This document shows positions 9,934-20,085 of a stretch of 32,000 nucleotides of DNA, in pieces. The notes beneath the pieces were generated by a model. It was not told where the DNA came from. It made no database searches and saw only the letters and a program-made list of their open reading frames with translations. Both the position numbers and the translations under genes were made by a program. Numbering within the stretch: position 1 is the stretch's first letter; each line of letters begins with the position of its first letter. Source of the stretch: a cyanobacterium endosymbiont of Braarudosphaera bigelowii (GTDB lineage Bacteria; Cyanobacteriota; Cyanobacteriia; Cyanobacteriales; Microcystaceae). The stretch is taken from positions 270,001-302,000 of the forward strand of contig NZ_AP024987.1 of the NCBI RefSeq assembly GCF_020885515.1, written 5' to 3'.

Positions 9934-10003
9934 TCTAAAGATTCTAATATTTAATTAATATAGTTTTGTAGACATATATTAATTAAATATTAGAATCTTT
10001 AGA
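9934..10003. repeat. Perfect 29-bp inverted repeat with a 12-nt spacer in the ORF-free gap
   Basis: TCTAAAGATTCTAATATTTAATTAATATA (9934..9962) is the exact reverse complement of 9975..10003. Confidence 0.9.
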
Positions 10004-10279
10004 ATATATCGAATTTCTTTGCAAATTCATAGTTGATCTTTTTTAGCTTTACTTATTCTGACAAAATAGTTTACTTGTCTCATCTGTCACACTTAATAGT
10101 TATGTTATCCAAAAATCTTCACATTCATCCTCCAAAATATTTGCTTTTTCTAAACTTACTTCAGAAATCTTTAATTCTTATCGAGTAAGTAGGATATCTT
10201 TAATATTAATCTGTTTATAACTTAAATATAATTCTCGATAATCTAATGTAAAGATCTCTACTTGTCCTAGAAATATATA

Positions 10280-10309
10280 ATAGAAAAAATCTGAAAAGAT
10301 TTTTTCTAT
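10280..10309. other. 13-bp hairpin with a GAAA tetraloop in the ORF-free gap
   Basis: ATAGAAAAAATCT (10280..10292), GAAA, AGATTTTTTCTAT (10297..10309), followed by tgcttttt. Confidence 0.3.
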
Positions 10310-10851
10310 TGCTTTTTAACTATATTCTGAATGTATATCAGGCATGAAACTAACGGCTATTTTCTTTTAATCATTTTTGAAATTAATGGTTTTGTTAAAA
10401 AAGGTTTTCCAGTTCCTGGTTTCTTCGAAATGTCATTATTTCTCTTAGCAAATTTATTTGAACTAATATAAATAAGGATATCTAGATATTTAAAAGATTT
10501 CCAATCTTGAAATTATGGTAACTACTGTCATCTTTTCGGTCAAAAACTATTCCAAAATATTTTCAGAAATTTCTAGACCAGAATGAAGTCAGCTAGTACT
10601 GTTTCTTATCTTTTTTTATGGGACTAGATATCAGCATAGACATTGGTGAGGTTAATAATTTAAATTTTTAGCAATTTCTAATCTTCGAAATAATGGAAAC
10701 AATATATTACTGTATAAAACACTATGAAATCATAAATTTTGTACAACATCTAAATAATTCAATAATTTTTATGATTGATTTTATTTAAACAAGTTCTTCT
10801 CTCCAGAAGATGAGATAATTATATGTCCCGTAGTTGTGAGGAAAACTTTAA

Positions 10852-12663
10852 ATGCGACTATCCCAAGTGTTGTTTGTGACTTTACGCGAAGACCCTGCTG
10901 AAGCAGAAATAATGAGTCATAAATTATTGTTAAGAGCTTGTTATATTCGTCGTATTAGTAGTGGTATTTATTCTTATTTGCCCTTAATGTGGCGAGTATT
11001 ACAAAAAACTTCTCAAATAGTACGAGAAGAAATGAATTTCGTTGGAGCTCAAGAATGTTTATTACCTCAACTACAGATATCAGATTTATGGAAGGAATCA
11101 GGTAGATGGGAAACCTATACTAAAGCTGAGGGAATTATGTTTTCCCTAGTAGATAGGCAAAAAAAAGAATTAGCTTTAGGGCCAACTCATGAAGAAATCA
11201 TCACATCAATAGTTAGAGATATGATTACATCATATAAACAAATGCCTCTAAATTTATATCAAATTCAAACGAAATTTAGAGATGAGATCCGTCCTCGTTT
11301 TGGTTTGATGCGAAGTAGAGAGTTTATGATGAAAGATGCCTATTCTTTTGATGAAAATATAGAAAATCTTCAAAAGAATTATAGTGCAGTAAGCCAAGCT
11401 TACTGTAAAATTTTTGAGCGCTGTGGACTGTCTTTTCATGTTGTAGAAGCAGACTCTGGAGCGATAGGCGGTCTAGCTTCTCAAGAATTTATGGTTTTAA
11501 CAGATGTCGGAGAAGATGAAATTTTATATACAAAAGATGGTAGTTATGCGGCTAATGCAGAAAAAGCAACTTCTATACCTAACCCAGAAGATATATCACC
11601 TTTTGATAGTTATGAAGAGAGAGAAACTTTAAACTGTAATACACTAAAAAAGCTATCTGAGTTACTTAATTGTTCTCTCACTAATATTGTTAAAAATTTA
11701 TTGTATAAAGCAACTTATGATAACCAAAAAAGTATATTAATTTTAGTAAGTATCCGAGGAGATCAAGATGTTAACGAAGTAAAACTTAGTAATGAATTAA
11801 ATTATTTAGCTTTTAAATACGAAGCATCAACATTATTAACTCTAAAAATTTCTGATCAAGAATCTTTACTTAAGGATAGACTGCCATTAGGTTATATTGG
11901 TCCAGATCTAAAAGACTCTTATATTAATTCCAAAGAGAATATTGAGTCTTCTTTTTTAAGAATTGCAGATAAAACTGTTATTAATCTCAAAAACTTTGTT
12001 ACCGGATCTAATAAATTAGATCATCATATTGTGGGAGGAAATTGGGGACAATCACATAGATTACCGGAGTTAATTCTTGATATTAGAAAAGCGAAGGAAG
12101 GTGATAAGGTTTCTAACGACAATTACGAAAAGTTAATGAGCAAAAAAGGAATTGAAGTAGGACATGTCTTTCAATTAGGGACAAAATATTCGGAGAAAAT
12201 GAAAGCGACCTTTACTGATAAAAACGGTGAAGAAAAACCTATTACAATGGGATGTTATGGTATTGGTATTTCCCGTTTAGTTCAATCTGCCGTGGAACAA
12301 AATTATGATAAAAATGGAATTATTTGGCCACTTGCAATAGCTCCTTATCATGCTATTATTGTAGTTCCAAATATGAATGAAAAAAAACAAATAGAAATTG
12401 CAGAAAAGATTTATCATGATTTAAACAATATTGGGATAGAGACTATCTTAGATGATCGTACTGAACGAATAGGTGTTAAGTTTAAAGATGCTGAGCTTAT
12501 TGGAATTCCTTATCAAATAGTGACGGGAAGAACATTAAAATTTGGCAAAGTAGAAGTAGTAGAAAGAAAAACAAAAAATTCACAAGAGGTAATTATTGAA
12601 GAATTACCTAGACTATTTCATGAGCTTTTAAAGAATATTAAGTTATCATCACAATTCATATAA
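10852..12663 (+). CDS. proS: Prolyl-tRNA synthetase (bacterial type with editing insertion)
   Basis: 603 aa. N-terminus '[34 protein letters not shown]', class II motifs ('[25 protein letters not shown]', '[10 protein letters not shown]') and a C-terminal anticodon-binding domain. Confidence 0.95.
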   Translation: MRLSQVLFVTLREDPAEAEIMSHKLLLRACYIRRISSGIYSYLPLMWRVLQKTSQIVREEMNFVGAQECLLPQLQISDLWKESGRWETYTKAEGIMFSLVDRQKKELALGPTHEEIITSIVRDMITSYKQMPLNLYQIQTKFRDEIRPRFGLMRSREFMMKDAYSFDENIENLQKNYSAVSQAYCKIFERCGLSFHVVEADSGAIGGLASQEFMVLTDVGEDEILYTKDGSYAANAEKATSIPNPEDISPFDSYEERETLNCNTLKKLSELLNCSLTNIVKNLLYKATYDNQKSILILVSIRGDQDVNEVKLSNELNYLAFKYEASTLLTLKISDQESLLKDRLPLGYIGPDLKDSYINSKENIESSFLRIADKTVINLKNFVTGSNKLDHHIVGGNWGQSHRLPELILDIRKAKEGDKVSNDNYEKLMSKKGIEVGHVFQLGTKYSEKMKATFTDKNGEEKPITMGCYGIGISRLVQSAVEQNYDKNGIIWPLAIAPYHAIIVVPNMNEKKQIEIAEKIYHDLNNIGIETILDDRTERIGVKFKDAELIGIPYQIVTGRTLKFGKVEVVERKTKNSQEVIIEELPRLFHELLKNIKLSSQFI

Positions 12664-12673
12664 AAGAATTATC

Positions 12674-12720
12674 AAAGAAGCTACAGTTTAAACATTAGTT
12701 TAAACTGTAGCTTCTTTTTT
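12674..12720 (+). terminator. Intrinsic terminator of proS: perfect 20-bp stem, ATTA loop, T-tail
   Basis: AAAGAAGCTACAGTTTAAAC (12674..12693) pairs with GTTTAAACTGTAGCTTCTTT (12698..12717), followed by TTT. It begins 11 nt after the proS stop. Confidence 0.8.
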
Positions 12721-12809
12721 ACATATACAATGATTGTAGTAAATAATCATATATTTTATCTTGAAATGACTTTTATTATTTCAAGTTTTAACCATTTTTT
12801 GTAATTTTT

Positions 12810-13679
12810 ATGTATCAAATTACTGGGAAAACAAAGCTTTTAGGAATTATAGGAGATCCTGTTGAACATTCTCTTTCTCCGATTATGCATAACACAGTTA
12901 TTTCTGAATTAGAAATGGACTATATTTATGTTCCTTTTACTGTTACCCAAAAACATTTAAATAGTGCGTTAATAGGACTTGCTAATATTGGAGTAGTGGG
13001 CTTCAATGTAACGATCCCTCATAAAGAAACTATTTTACCTTTACTTTTTAAAGCGACTAAAGTTTCTCAACTAATAGGTGCAGTGAATACTGTTTGGTAT
13101 ACAGATGAAGGGTGGTATGGTACTAATACAGATGTCGTTGGTATTTTAGCATCACTAAAGCCATTAAATTATAATTGGTCAAATACTAAACCTATCATTT
13201 TAGGATACGGTGGAGCTGCCAAAGCAGCTATGGTTGCTTTGGCAGAACTAGGATGTACTGAAATTATCATAGTGGGACGAAACTATGATCGATTAAAAAA
13301 TTTTAGAGAAAGGTGGTCAGCTAGTGAGCTTTTTGACTGTATTAATATTTATCGTTTTAGCGAATTACCAAAAATATTAGATAAGACTCAATTACTTATT
13401 AATGCTACTCCCATTGGGATGTATCCTAATATCAATCATTCTCCTATCGCGAAAGAAATTCTAAAACAATTACCTAATACAGCAATTATATATGATTTAA
13501 TTTATACTCCAAGTTCAACTATCTTGCTTCAAGATGCTGCTAATTTAGGATTAGCAACTATTAATGGTTCAAAAATGTTAGTTCATCAAGGTGCTGCTGC
13601 ACTAGGGTTATGGTTACAAAAAGAGGTTCCAACTGATTTAATGTATCGTTCACTAATGAACTACTTACAAAAAAATTAA
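12810..13679 (+). CDS. aroE: Shikimate dehydrogenase
   Basis: 289 aa. 'GIIGDPVEHSLSPIMHN', 'GFNVTIPHKE', 'GAVNTV' and 'GTNTDVVG', plus a 'GYGGAAKA' NADP-binding loop. Confidence 0.9.
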   Translation: MYQITGKTKLLGIIGDPVEHSLSPIMHNTVISELEMDYIYVPFTVTQKHLNSALIGLANIGVVGFNVTIPHKETILPLLFKATKVSQLIGAVNTVWYTDEGWYGTNTDVVGILASLKPLNYNWSNTKPIILGYGGAAKAAMVALAELGCTEIIIVGRNYDRLKNFRERWSASELFDCINIYRFSELPKILDKTQLLINATPIGMYPNINHSPIAKEILKQLPNTAIIYDLIYTPSSTILLQDAANLGLATINGSKMLVHQGAAALGLWLQKEVPTDLMYRSLMNYLQKN

Positions 13680-13724
13680 TATTTTTCTTAAGTTAAATTG
13701 TTAATTGAAAACTATAATGTATTC

Positions 13725-13773
13725 AGAGTAATAATTTAAGATAAACGTTAATATATCATTGTATTATTACTCT
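13725..13773. repeat. 11-bp inverted repeat between the convergent aroE and arsA-like genes (possible terminator)
   Basis: AGAGTAATAAT (13725..13735) pairs with ATTATTACTCT (13763..13773). The 27-nt loop makes a terminator role uncertain. Confidence 0.25.
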
Positions 13774-13796
13774 AAAATATTGTTTCACAGTTAACT

Positions 13797-14990
13797 TCAA
13801 CTATAATTGCTAGTCATATTAACAAAAGAAATTTTTAAATAATCGTTTTCCATTTTAGCTCCTGAGGGATTAAGAGAAGCTAAAGATTTTGGTAGAACGA
13901 GGTTACGTCTATGATTACCGATTCTAATATTTAGTTCATCCCCAGTTTTATTAAGTTGAATCTGTTCTTTCGGAATTCCTGGTAAATATAATTCTAAACT
14001 ACAGATATCCTTTTCTTTGATTATACGAATGGTATCTTCTTGGTAATAAACTTGAGTTGGATCTTCATCTTTATAAAGTATTTCTTTTAATCTTTCTAAT
14101 GATTCCATTCCGCATAATTCCTGTGAAAATAAGGGAACTTCTTTAACAGGTAAAGGATGAAAGTTATTGTGAATTTCTTGTTTGTAGATACTCTGGCTAT
14201 TTTTCCATTTTTCAAAGAAAGAATCATTAACTGTATCAGGAATAATTCTATTAGCAATTACTAGATCAGTAGAAACATTATACAAACTTAAATAAGCATG
14301 TGCTCTCAACGATTCTTTGATTACCATTTTTTCAGGATTAGTAACTAATCTAACGGAAGTTTGTTTATTATTTGTTAAAACTTTTTCTAAAGCTTCGATT
14401 TGTTCATAAAATTCATAAGGTGCATCCATAACTTCTTTATCAGGTAGTGAAAATCCAGCAATTGGTTTAAAAAGTGGTTCTACTAAAGGCCGTAAAGCAA
14501 CAGACATTCCTTGTAAAGGCTTATAAAATCTTCTCATATACCATCCCCCAACTTCAGGAATGCTTAATAATCTTAATGCAGTTCCTGTAGGTGCAGAGTC
14601 AATAATTAAAACATCATATTCGCCTTCATCATGATGGCGTTTCATTCTTACTAATCCAAAAATTTCATCCATTCCTGGTAGTATAGCTAATTCTTCTGCT
14701 TGTACTCCATCCAGACCCCTAGCTTGTAAAACTTGAGTAATATATCTTTTTACGGCTCCCCAATTTCCCTCTAGTTCCATGAGAGCATCTAATTCGGCTC
14801 CCCATAGTTTAGGACGAATTGCAACAGGTTTATGTCCTAGCTCCAAATCAAAACTATCAGCTAAGGAATGAGCAGGATCTGTACTTAATACTAAAGTTTT
14901 GTACCCTAATTCAGCACATTTCATACCAGTTGCAGCAGCAACAGAGGTTTTACCAACTCCTCCTTTACCAGTCATCAAAATTACACGCAT
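13797..14990 (-). CDS. ArsA/Get3 (TRC40) family ATPase with a C-terminal HSP20/alpha-crystallin-like domain
   Basis: 397 aa. Deviant Walker A '[13 protein letters not shown]', '[13 protein letters not shown]' and '[11 protein letters not shown]'. The C-terminal ~90 aa ('[36 protein letters not shown]') looks like an ACD/CS beta-sandwich. Confidence 0.85.
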   Translation of the reverse strand: MRVILMTGKGGVGKTSVAAATGMKCAELGYKTLVLSTDPAHSLADSFDLELGHKPVAIRPKLWGAELDALMELEGNWGAVKRYITQVLQARGLDGVQAEELAILPGMDEIFGLVRMKRHHDEGEYDVLIIDSAPTGTALRLLSIPEVGGWYMRRFYKPLQGMSVALRPLVEPLFKPIAGFSLPDKEVMDAPYEFYEQIEALEKVLTNNKQTSVRLVTNPEKMVIKESLRAHAYLSLYNVSTDLVIANRIIPDTVNDSFFEKWKNSQSIYKQEIHNNFHPLPVKEVPLFSQELCGMESLERLKEILYKDEDPTQVYYQEDTIRIIKEKDICSLELYLPGIPKEQIQLNKTGDELNIRIGNHRRNLVLPKSLASLNPSGAKMENDYLKISFVNMTSNYS

Positions 14991-15222
14991 AGTTCTTTAA
15001 AAAATTAACTTGTTTCTTATATTATGAAGTATTTCAAAACATAATTTATGCAGTATCGATGAATATTGATATTAATATAGTTTTTTCAATCAAAAAATAT
15101 ACATATTATTCTTTATAAATATGTATAGCACGTTAGGGTAAATATATTATATCGTTTAAATAAAAGAACTAAGAACTATGTCTTATTAGTTAATCTCTCG
15201 ATTTTTATAAGGATGAAAATTC

Positions 15223-16008
15223 TCAAATATTCTTATTTCTTTCGGGCCTAAATAAATGATTATGATCAGGATGATACAACTTAGAACGATTATCAATGTT
15301 AGTTTTTAGAGCGGGACTAATAATATAGAGAGTAGTGCGAATAAGTTTTTCTTTTTGAGTAACTTCTGCCATGTTTTCTAAAGGAACAATTCGAATTACT
15401 TCATCTGGCCAGCCAACTCGAAAACATATAGCAACTAAAGTATTAGAGGGATAGTGTTTGAGGAGTGCAGCTTGTGATTTTTCTGCATGACGTGCTGCTA
15501 AATAAAGACATAGACTTGATTTATGAGCCGCTAATTTTTCTAGTTTTTCAGGACTGGGCACTTTCGACGCAGCACCGTCTACACGTGTTAATATGATTGT
15601 CTGCACTAGCTCAGGAATTGTCAATTCTGCGCTAATTTTAGCTGCTGCTGCTTGAAAAGCACTAATACCGGGAACTAGTTCAAATTTAATATTTTCTTTA
15701 ATCAGAAGAGTAATTTGTTCATAGATTGCACTATAAAGTGTTAAATCTCCTGAATGAAGACGTACAACAGTATAACCATGTTCAACTCTATTTTTTATTA
15801 ACTCTATTATACTCTCAAGAGTTTTATTTCCAGTAGTAATTAGCTGTGCATCTTTGCGAACATCTTGTAAAATTTGTTTTGGAATTAAAGAATCTGCATA
15901 TAAAATAACATCAGCTTGAGTAATTATTTTATATGCCTTTAAAGTCAACAGTTCTGGATCACCTGGACCAGCACCAATAAAGTAAACTAATGGTTTTAAA
16001 GGAGTCAT
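15223..16008 (-). CDS. cobM: Precorrin-4 / cobalt-precorrin-4 C11-methyltransferase
   Basis: 'VYFIGAGPGDPELLTLKA', 'ADVILYADSL' and 'VVRLHSGDLTLYSAI.EQ' are tetrapyrrole methylase blocks typical of CobM/CbiF. I preferred the ATG at 16008 to the TTG at 16038. Confidence 0.85.
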   Translation of the reverse strand: MTPLKPLVYFIGAGPGDPELLTLKAYKIITQADVILYADSLIPKQILQDVRKDAQLITTGNKTLESIIELIKNRVEHGYTVVRLHSGDLTLYSAIYEQITLLIKENIKFELVPGISAFQAAAAKISAELTIPELVQTIILTRVDGAASKVPSPEKLEKLAAHKSSLCLYLAARHAEKSQAALLKHYPSNTLVAICFRVGWPDEVIRIVPLENMAEVTQKEKLIRTTLYIISPALKTNIDNRSKLYHPDHNHLFRPERNKNI

Positions 16009-16268
16009 TGTATCTAATTTTTCAAATAAGTTTGACAATATTAAACAACAGGAGGATTATGGTTTTACTATTCGACAACTTACAAAATTTATAATAAGTA
16101 GTTAATATGTTATTAGATTAACATATTGAATAACATATAAGATTTTTTTTGAAGTATCTGCAATGTATTTCATAATGTTGTCTAAGTGAAAAAATGAAGC
16201 TTGATGTTTTTAATTTTATGTCAAGAAATTATTATTCAATAACTATCAAACTGAAATATTTATTAGAA

Positions 16269-16832
16269 CTAGAAATATAGATAATGCATAATTTCCGATG
16301 CAAGTTTTCCATTTAACTTTAATCTTTTTTGGAGATCAGCTAAGTCTTTAAAATCACCTCTTGTCAATCTATTTTTTACAATTTCTTCTGCCATTAGGTT
16401 ACTAATAGGATTAATTCCTTTGAGCTCTTCTAAAGTTGCTAAGTTTATATTGATCCTTTGTGGTGTTAAAGCACTTTCAGGATCATAATAAGAAAAAGCT
16501 AAAATCTTTGCTAAAGGTTGAAGACGTTGAAGAGGAATTTTTAGTGCGGCTGACATGTCTTCCACAGACAAAATTTCTACTCCTGAATTGATTAATTCCA
16601 CTAAACTACGAGCTTGGTGAATTGATATTCCAGGTAACCTCAATAAATCGTCAACATTAGCCTTATCAATTTCAATTTTAACTCCTAACTCTTCTGCAAT
16701 GGATATTTCTTCAAAAGAAGTAAAACGATGATATGGATCATTTTTAATACGTTCCCGAAGACTTCTCTTTTGAGAGTTTAATTTGTTCGCTAAAAAAGAA
16801 AATATCATAATAAAAAATAATTTGTATTTCAA
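16269..16832 (-). CDS. Helix-hairpin-helix (ComEA-like) domain protein with an N-terminal hydrophobic segment
   Basis: Two HhH-like motifs ('LLRLPGISIHQARSLV' and 'LEELKGINPISNLMAEEIVKNR') and an N-terminal signal or TM segment. The start is ambiguous (TTG 16832 or ATG 16808). Confidence 0.6.
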   Translation of the reverse strand: MKYKLFFIMIFSFLANKLNSQKRSLRERIKNDPYHRFTSFEEISIAEELGVKIEIDKANVDDLLRLPGISIHQARSLVELINSGVEILSVEDMSAALKIPLQRLQPLAKILAFSYYDPESALTPQRININLATLEELKGINPISNLMAEEIVKNRLTRGDFKDLADLQKRLKLNGKLASEIMHYLYF

Positions 16833-16900
16833 ATATAGATAAGATCTACATCTAAGTTTATATGAAATATTCTAAATTAAATGCTTCACAATTAGGAAGT

Positions 16901-17350
16901 TTAATTAATCCTATCTAATAACTGACGACGTTTTTGTTCAAATTCATAATCAGTAATTAATCCTTCTGCTCTTAGCTTATCTAACTCTCTCAAACCTCCA
17001 GATACCATGTCAATTTGTAACGGCTCAACTTTTCTAACCTGCTGTGTATGAGTAGCCATGCTAGGAAGTTTAGATTTCGCCTTGGCAGGTTCTAAAATAG
17101 GTAAATTATTAAATTGATTGTTAAATTGTTCTTCACCCTGAGCGAAGTACCATAACGCATCAATTGCGCACGCAATACTAGGAATAGGAGTATTCCATAA
17201 CAAAAAGTACATAACTCCCCAAACAGGTTGTCCCAGGTAAAATTTATGTACTCCAGCAATAGGCCAAGGGACCACAGTGGATAATAAAGCTAGTGTAATA
17301 CCAACTTTACGGTTTTTGGGTTGAGTAAGTAGTTTTTCCAATCGTTGCAT
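16901..17350 (-). CDS. TM2 domain membrane protein with a SHOCT-like C-terminal tail
   Basis: 'GVHKFYLGQPVWGVMYFLL' is a TM2-type motif with two TM helices. The C-terminus 'LDKLRAEGLITDYEFEQKRRQLLDRI' resembles a SHOCT motif. Confidence 0.75.
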   Translation of the reverse strand: MQRLEKLLTQPKNRKVGITLALLSTVVPWPIAGVHKFYLGQPVWGVMYFLLWNTPIPSIACAIDALWYFAQGEEQFNNQFNNLPILEPAKAKSKLPSMATHTQQVRKVEPLQIDMVSGGLRELDKLRAEGLITDYEFEQKRRQLLDRIN

Positions 17351-17602
17351 TGAGGCCTCGATTTTTAGATTTTTTATATTTACGATACCATACTATATCA
17401 CTTTATTGACAGAATGTAGCGTTTAAAAAAATTGAGTTCTTAAGATTATTTATTAAATTTATTTATGATACGGTAAACCGTAGTTTTCTATAACTTTCAA
17501 CTCTTTTACAATAACAACATAAACTACAATAGCAATATAAACCAGTTAATATTTAACTATTAATCCAATTGGTTTACATTTAAATCATAAGGAAAATTAA
17601 GT

Positions 17603-17920
17603 ATGGGATTTTATGACTCGGAAATTGTTCAGAGAGAAGCTAAGCAGTTATTTGAAGATTATCAATCATTGACACAGTTAGGAAGCGAATACGGAAGATT
17701 TGATCGTAAAGGAAAAAAGATCTTTATTGAGCAAATGGAAGCACTTATGGAACGCTACAAAATTTTTATGAAACGTTTTGAATTATCTGAAGATTTTATG
17801 GCTCAAATAACTGTTCAACAGTTAAAAAATCAATTGGGACAATTTGGGATCACCCCACAACAGATGTTTGATCAGATGAATATAACCTTAGAAAAAATGA
17901 AATCTGAGATAGAAAACTAG
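17603..17920 (+). CDS. Cyanobacterial conserved protein, DUF1825-like
   Basis: 105 aa. The N-terminus 'MGFYDSEIVQREAKQLFEDYQSL' resembles the DUF1825 family as I recall it. The assignment is from memory only. Confidence 0.6.
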   Translation: MGFYDSEIVQREAKQLFEDYQSLTQLGSEYGRFDRKGKKIFIEQMEALMERYKIFMKRFELSEDFMAQITVQQLKNQLGQFGITPQQMFDQMNITLEKMKSEIEN

Positions 17921-18039
17921 TATCTAATTTCTTTAAACTAGTTAATAATTTTCGAAGAAATTTCTTAATCTGTAAATAATAGACTTTAAAGTTTCAAAGT
18001 AATGCTATCATTTTTCATTTAGGTTTCATTTTAAAAATT

Positions 18040-19230
18040 ATGTATGATTTTGTAATTATTGGCGGAGGCATAGTTGGACTTTCTGTCGGGATGAGTTTAG
18101 GAAAACGTTTTCCTAGTAAATCTATTTTGATTATAGAAAAAGAAGATAAGATTGCTGCTCATCAAACAGGTCATAACAGTGGAGTGATACATTCTGGAAT
18201 TTATTATAAACCAAACAGTTTTAAAGCAGAGTTTACCCGTAAAGGAAACCAATCGATTGTGGAATTTTGTCAAACATATGATCTTCCCTATAAAGTATGT
18301 GGCAAATTTATTGTTGCTACCAGAAAAAGCGAATTGTCAGCGTTACAGAATTTATATCAGCAAGGATTAAAAAATGGCCTGGAAGTAGAAAAAGTTTCGG
18401 CTGAAGAAATTAAAGAAAAAGAACCTTACATAAATTGCCTAGAAGGAATTAAAGTTGAAAAGGCAGGTATTACTGACTATACAAAAATTTGTCGAAAGTA
18501 TATAGATTTAATTCAAAAACAAGGAGGTGAATTGAAACTTAATACAAAAGTCATAAACATCAGAAATATACAAAACAATAAAATTTTAGAAACAACACAA
18601 GGGGAAATAAAAGCAAAGTTTATGATCAACTGTGCAGGCTTGTATAGTGATTTTATTACTAAATTAGATGGATTTAGACCCCCAGCACAAATTATTCCTT
18701 TCCGTGGTGAATATTATCAACTTAAACCTAATAAAAACTACTTAGTAAACAGCCTTATCTATCCAGTTCCTAATCCTGAGTTTCCTTTTCTAGGTGTGCA
18801 TTTTACTCGTATGATCGATGGTAGTGTTCATGCTGGACCTAATGCAGTCTTAAGTTTAAAAAGAGAAGGATATAAGAAAACTGATTTCGATGCTAAAGAA
18901 TTTTTTGAAATAGTTACTTATAAAGGATTTTGGAAATTAGTACAAAAACACACTAACGAAGGTGTTAAGGAAATTATTCGTTCTTTTAGTAAAACTGCTT
19001 TTGTGAAGAGTCTACAACAATTAATTCCAGAAATTACTATAAATGATGTTGTTAGTTGTGAAGCTGGAGTAAGAGCACAAGCATTGAAAAATAATGGTAG
19101 CCTCGTAGATGATTTTTTAATTATTCAAAACAAAAATTCATTACATGTTTGCAATGCTCCTTCCCCCGCTGCAACAGCCTCTTTAGAAATTGGTAAATAT
19201 ATAGTTAATCAAATTTCTCAACAAGGGTGA
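18040..19230 (+). CDS. lhgO: FAD-dependent L-2-hydroxyglutarate oxidase/dehydrogenase
   Basis: 396 aa. N-terminal dinucleotide fold 'YDFVIIGGGIVGLSVG', then 'HQTGHNSGVIHSGIYYKP', 'GVHFTR..DGSV..GPNAV' and 'LHVCNAPSPAATASL', characteristic of LhgO. Confidence 0.8.
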   Translation: MYDFVIIGGGIVGLSVGMSLGKRFPSKSILIIEKEDKIAAHQTGHNSGVIHSGIYYKPNSFKAEFTRKGNQSIVEFCQTYDLPYKVCGKFIVATRKSELSALQNLYQQGLKNGLEVEKVSAEEIKEKEPYINCLEGIKVEKAGITDYTKICRKYIDLIQKQGGELKLNTKVINIRNIQNNKILETTQGEIKAKFMINCAGLYSDFITKLDGFRPPAQIIPFRGEYYQLKPNKNYLVNSLIYPVPNPEFPFLGVHFTRMIDGSVHAGPNAVLSLKREGYKKTDFDAKEFFEIVTYKGFWKLVQKHTNEGVKEIIRSFSKTAFVKSLQQLIPEITINDVVSCEAGVRAQALKNNGSLVDDFLIIQNKNSLHVCNAPSPAATASLEIGKYIVNQISQQG

Positions 19231-19464
19231 ATTCTCAAAATTTTATCACTATATTATTTTGTAATATTCAAATGAAAGACTCAATCATAATATATTTCCT
19301 ATTCTAGATTTCTTGAATAGATTTGAAAGATAGCTTTATATTAGTACATGACAAGTTAAGAGATGAAAATAAGCTGTAGTTAATTTCTAATTTTCAATTA
19401 AAAAACTTAAGCAAGCTAATTAACAAAATATATAGTGTAATTGTTTTTTTTTAAACTATTTGTC

Positions 19465-20085
19465 TTATTTAATATCAGAATGTCCCTCCCAACGATTTAT
19501 CAAAGGACAATCAATATTTAATTGATCCAGTACACGAACTATGACAAAGTCTACTAAATCTTCTATAGTTTGAGGTTTGTGGTACCAAGCCGGAATTGCA
19601 GGAACTATTTTTACTCCTACCTCTGCTAAAGTTACTAAATTGCGTAAATGTATTAGACTCAAAGGAGTTTCACGAGGAACTACTACTAAAGGACGACCCT
19701 CTTTTAGTTGAACATCAGCTACTCTCTCCAATAAATCTAAACTTAATCCCGATGATAGCTTTGCGATAGTATTCATACTACAAGGTATGATTATCATACC
19801 TAAGGTACGGAAAGAACCGCTTGCTATACTCGCGCCAATATCTGTCCAACGATGACATTTTAATTGTCCTGCTTTTGGTACCCCTACTTGGCTACGCCAA
19901 AACTGTACTTGTAAGTCAGGCTCTAGAGGCATTTTGATTTTTTCTTCTGCTTGCCATACTAGATAAGTAGCTTTAGAAGCTACGATATCAACTGTATAAT
20001 TTGCTTCTAAAAGAAATTTCAAAATACGAACACTATAAATTAAACCAGAAGCTCCGCTAATACCTAAAATTAATGGTTTTTTCAT
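19465..20085 (-). CDS. ubiX: Flavin prenyltransferase UbiX
   Basis: 'KPLILGISGASGLIYSVRILKFL', 'IIPCSMNTIAKLSSGLS..LLERVADV.LKE.RPLVVVPRETPL'. I preferred the ATG at 20085 to the TTG at 20115. Confidence 0.9.
   Translation of the reverse strand: MKKPLILGISGASGLIYSVRILKFLLEANYTVDIVASKATYLVWQAEEKIKMPLEPDLQVQFWRSQVGVPKAGQLKCHRWTDIGASIASGSFRTLGMIIIPCSMNTIAKLSSGLSLDLLERVADVQLKEGRPLVVVPRETPLSLIHLRNLVTLAEVGVKIVPAIPAWYHKPQTIEDLVDFVIVRVLDQLNIDCPLINRWEGHSDIK

Noticed and set aside
10380-10535. A - strand open stretch '...FQDWKSFKYLDILIYISSNKFAKRNNDISKKPGTGKPFLTKPLISKMIKRK', considered as a decayed IS630/Tc1-like transposase N-terminus (G-x-G-K/R-P motif).
   Set aside because: The resemblance is a single short motif. 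There are no inverted terminal repeats, no DDE region and no start codon. I cannot support calling it a mobile element.
10823-10879. 18-codon Cys-rich ORF ([18 protein letters not shown]) overlapping the proS start in another frame.
   Set aside because: It is very short, overlaps a well-defined proS N-terminus, and has no supporting signal.
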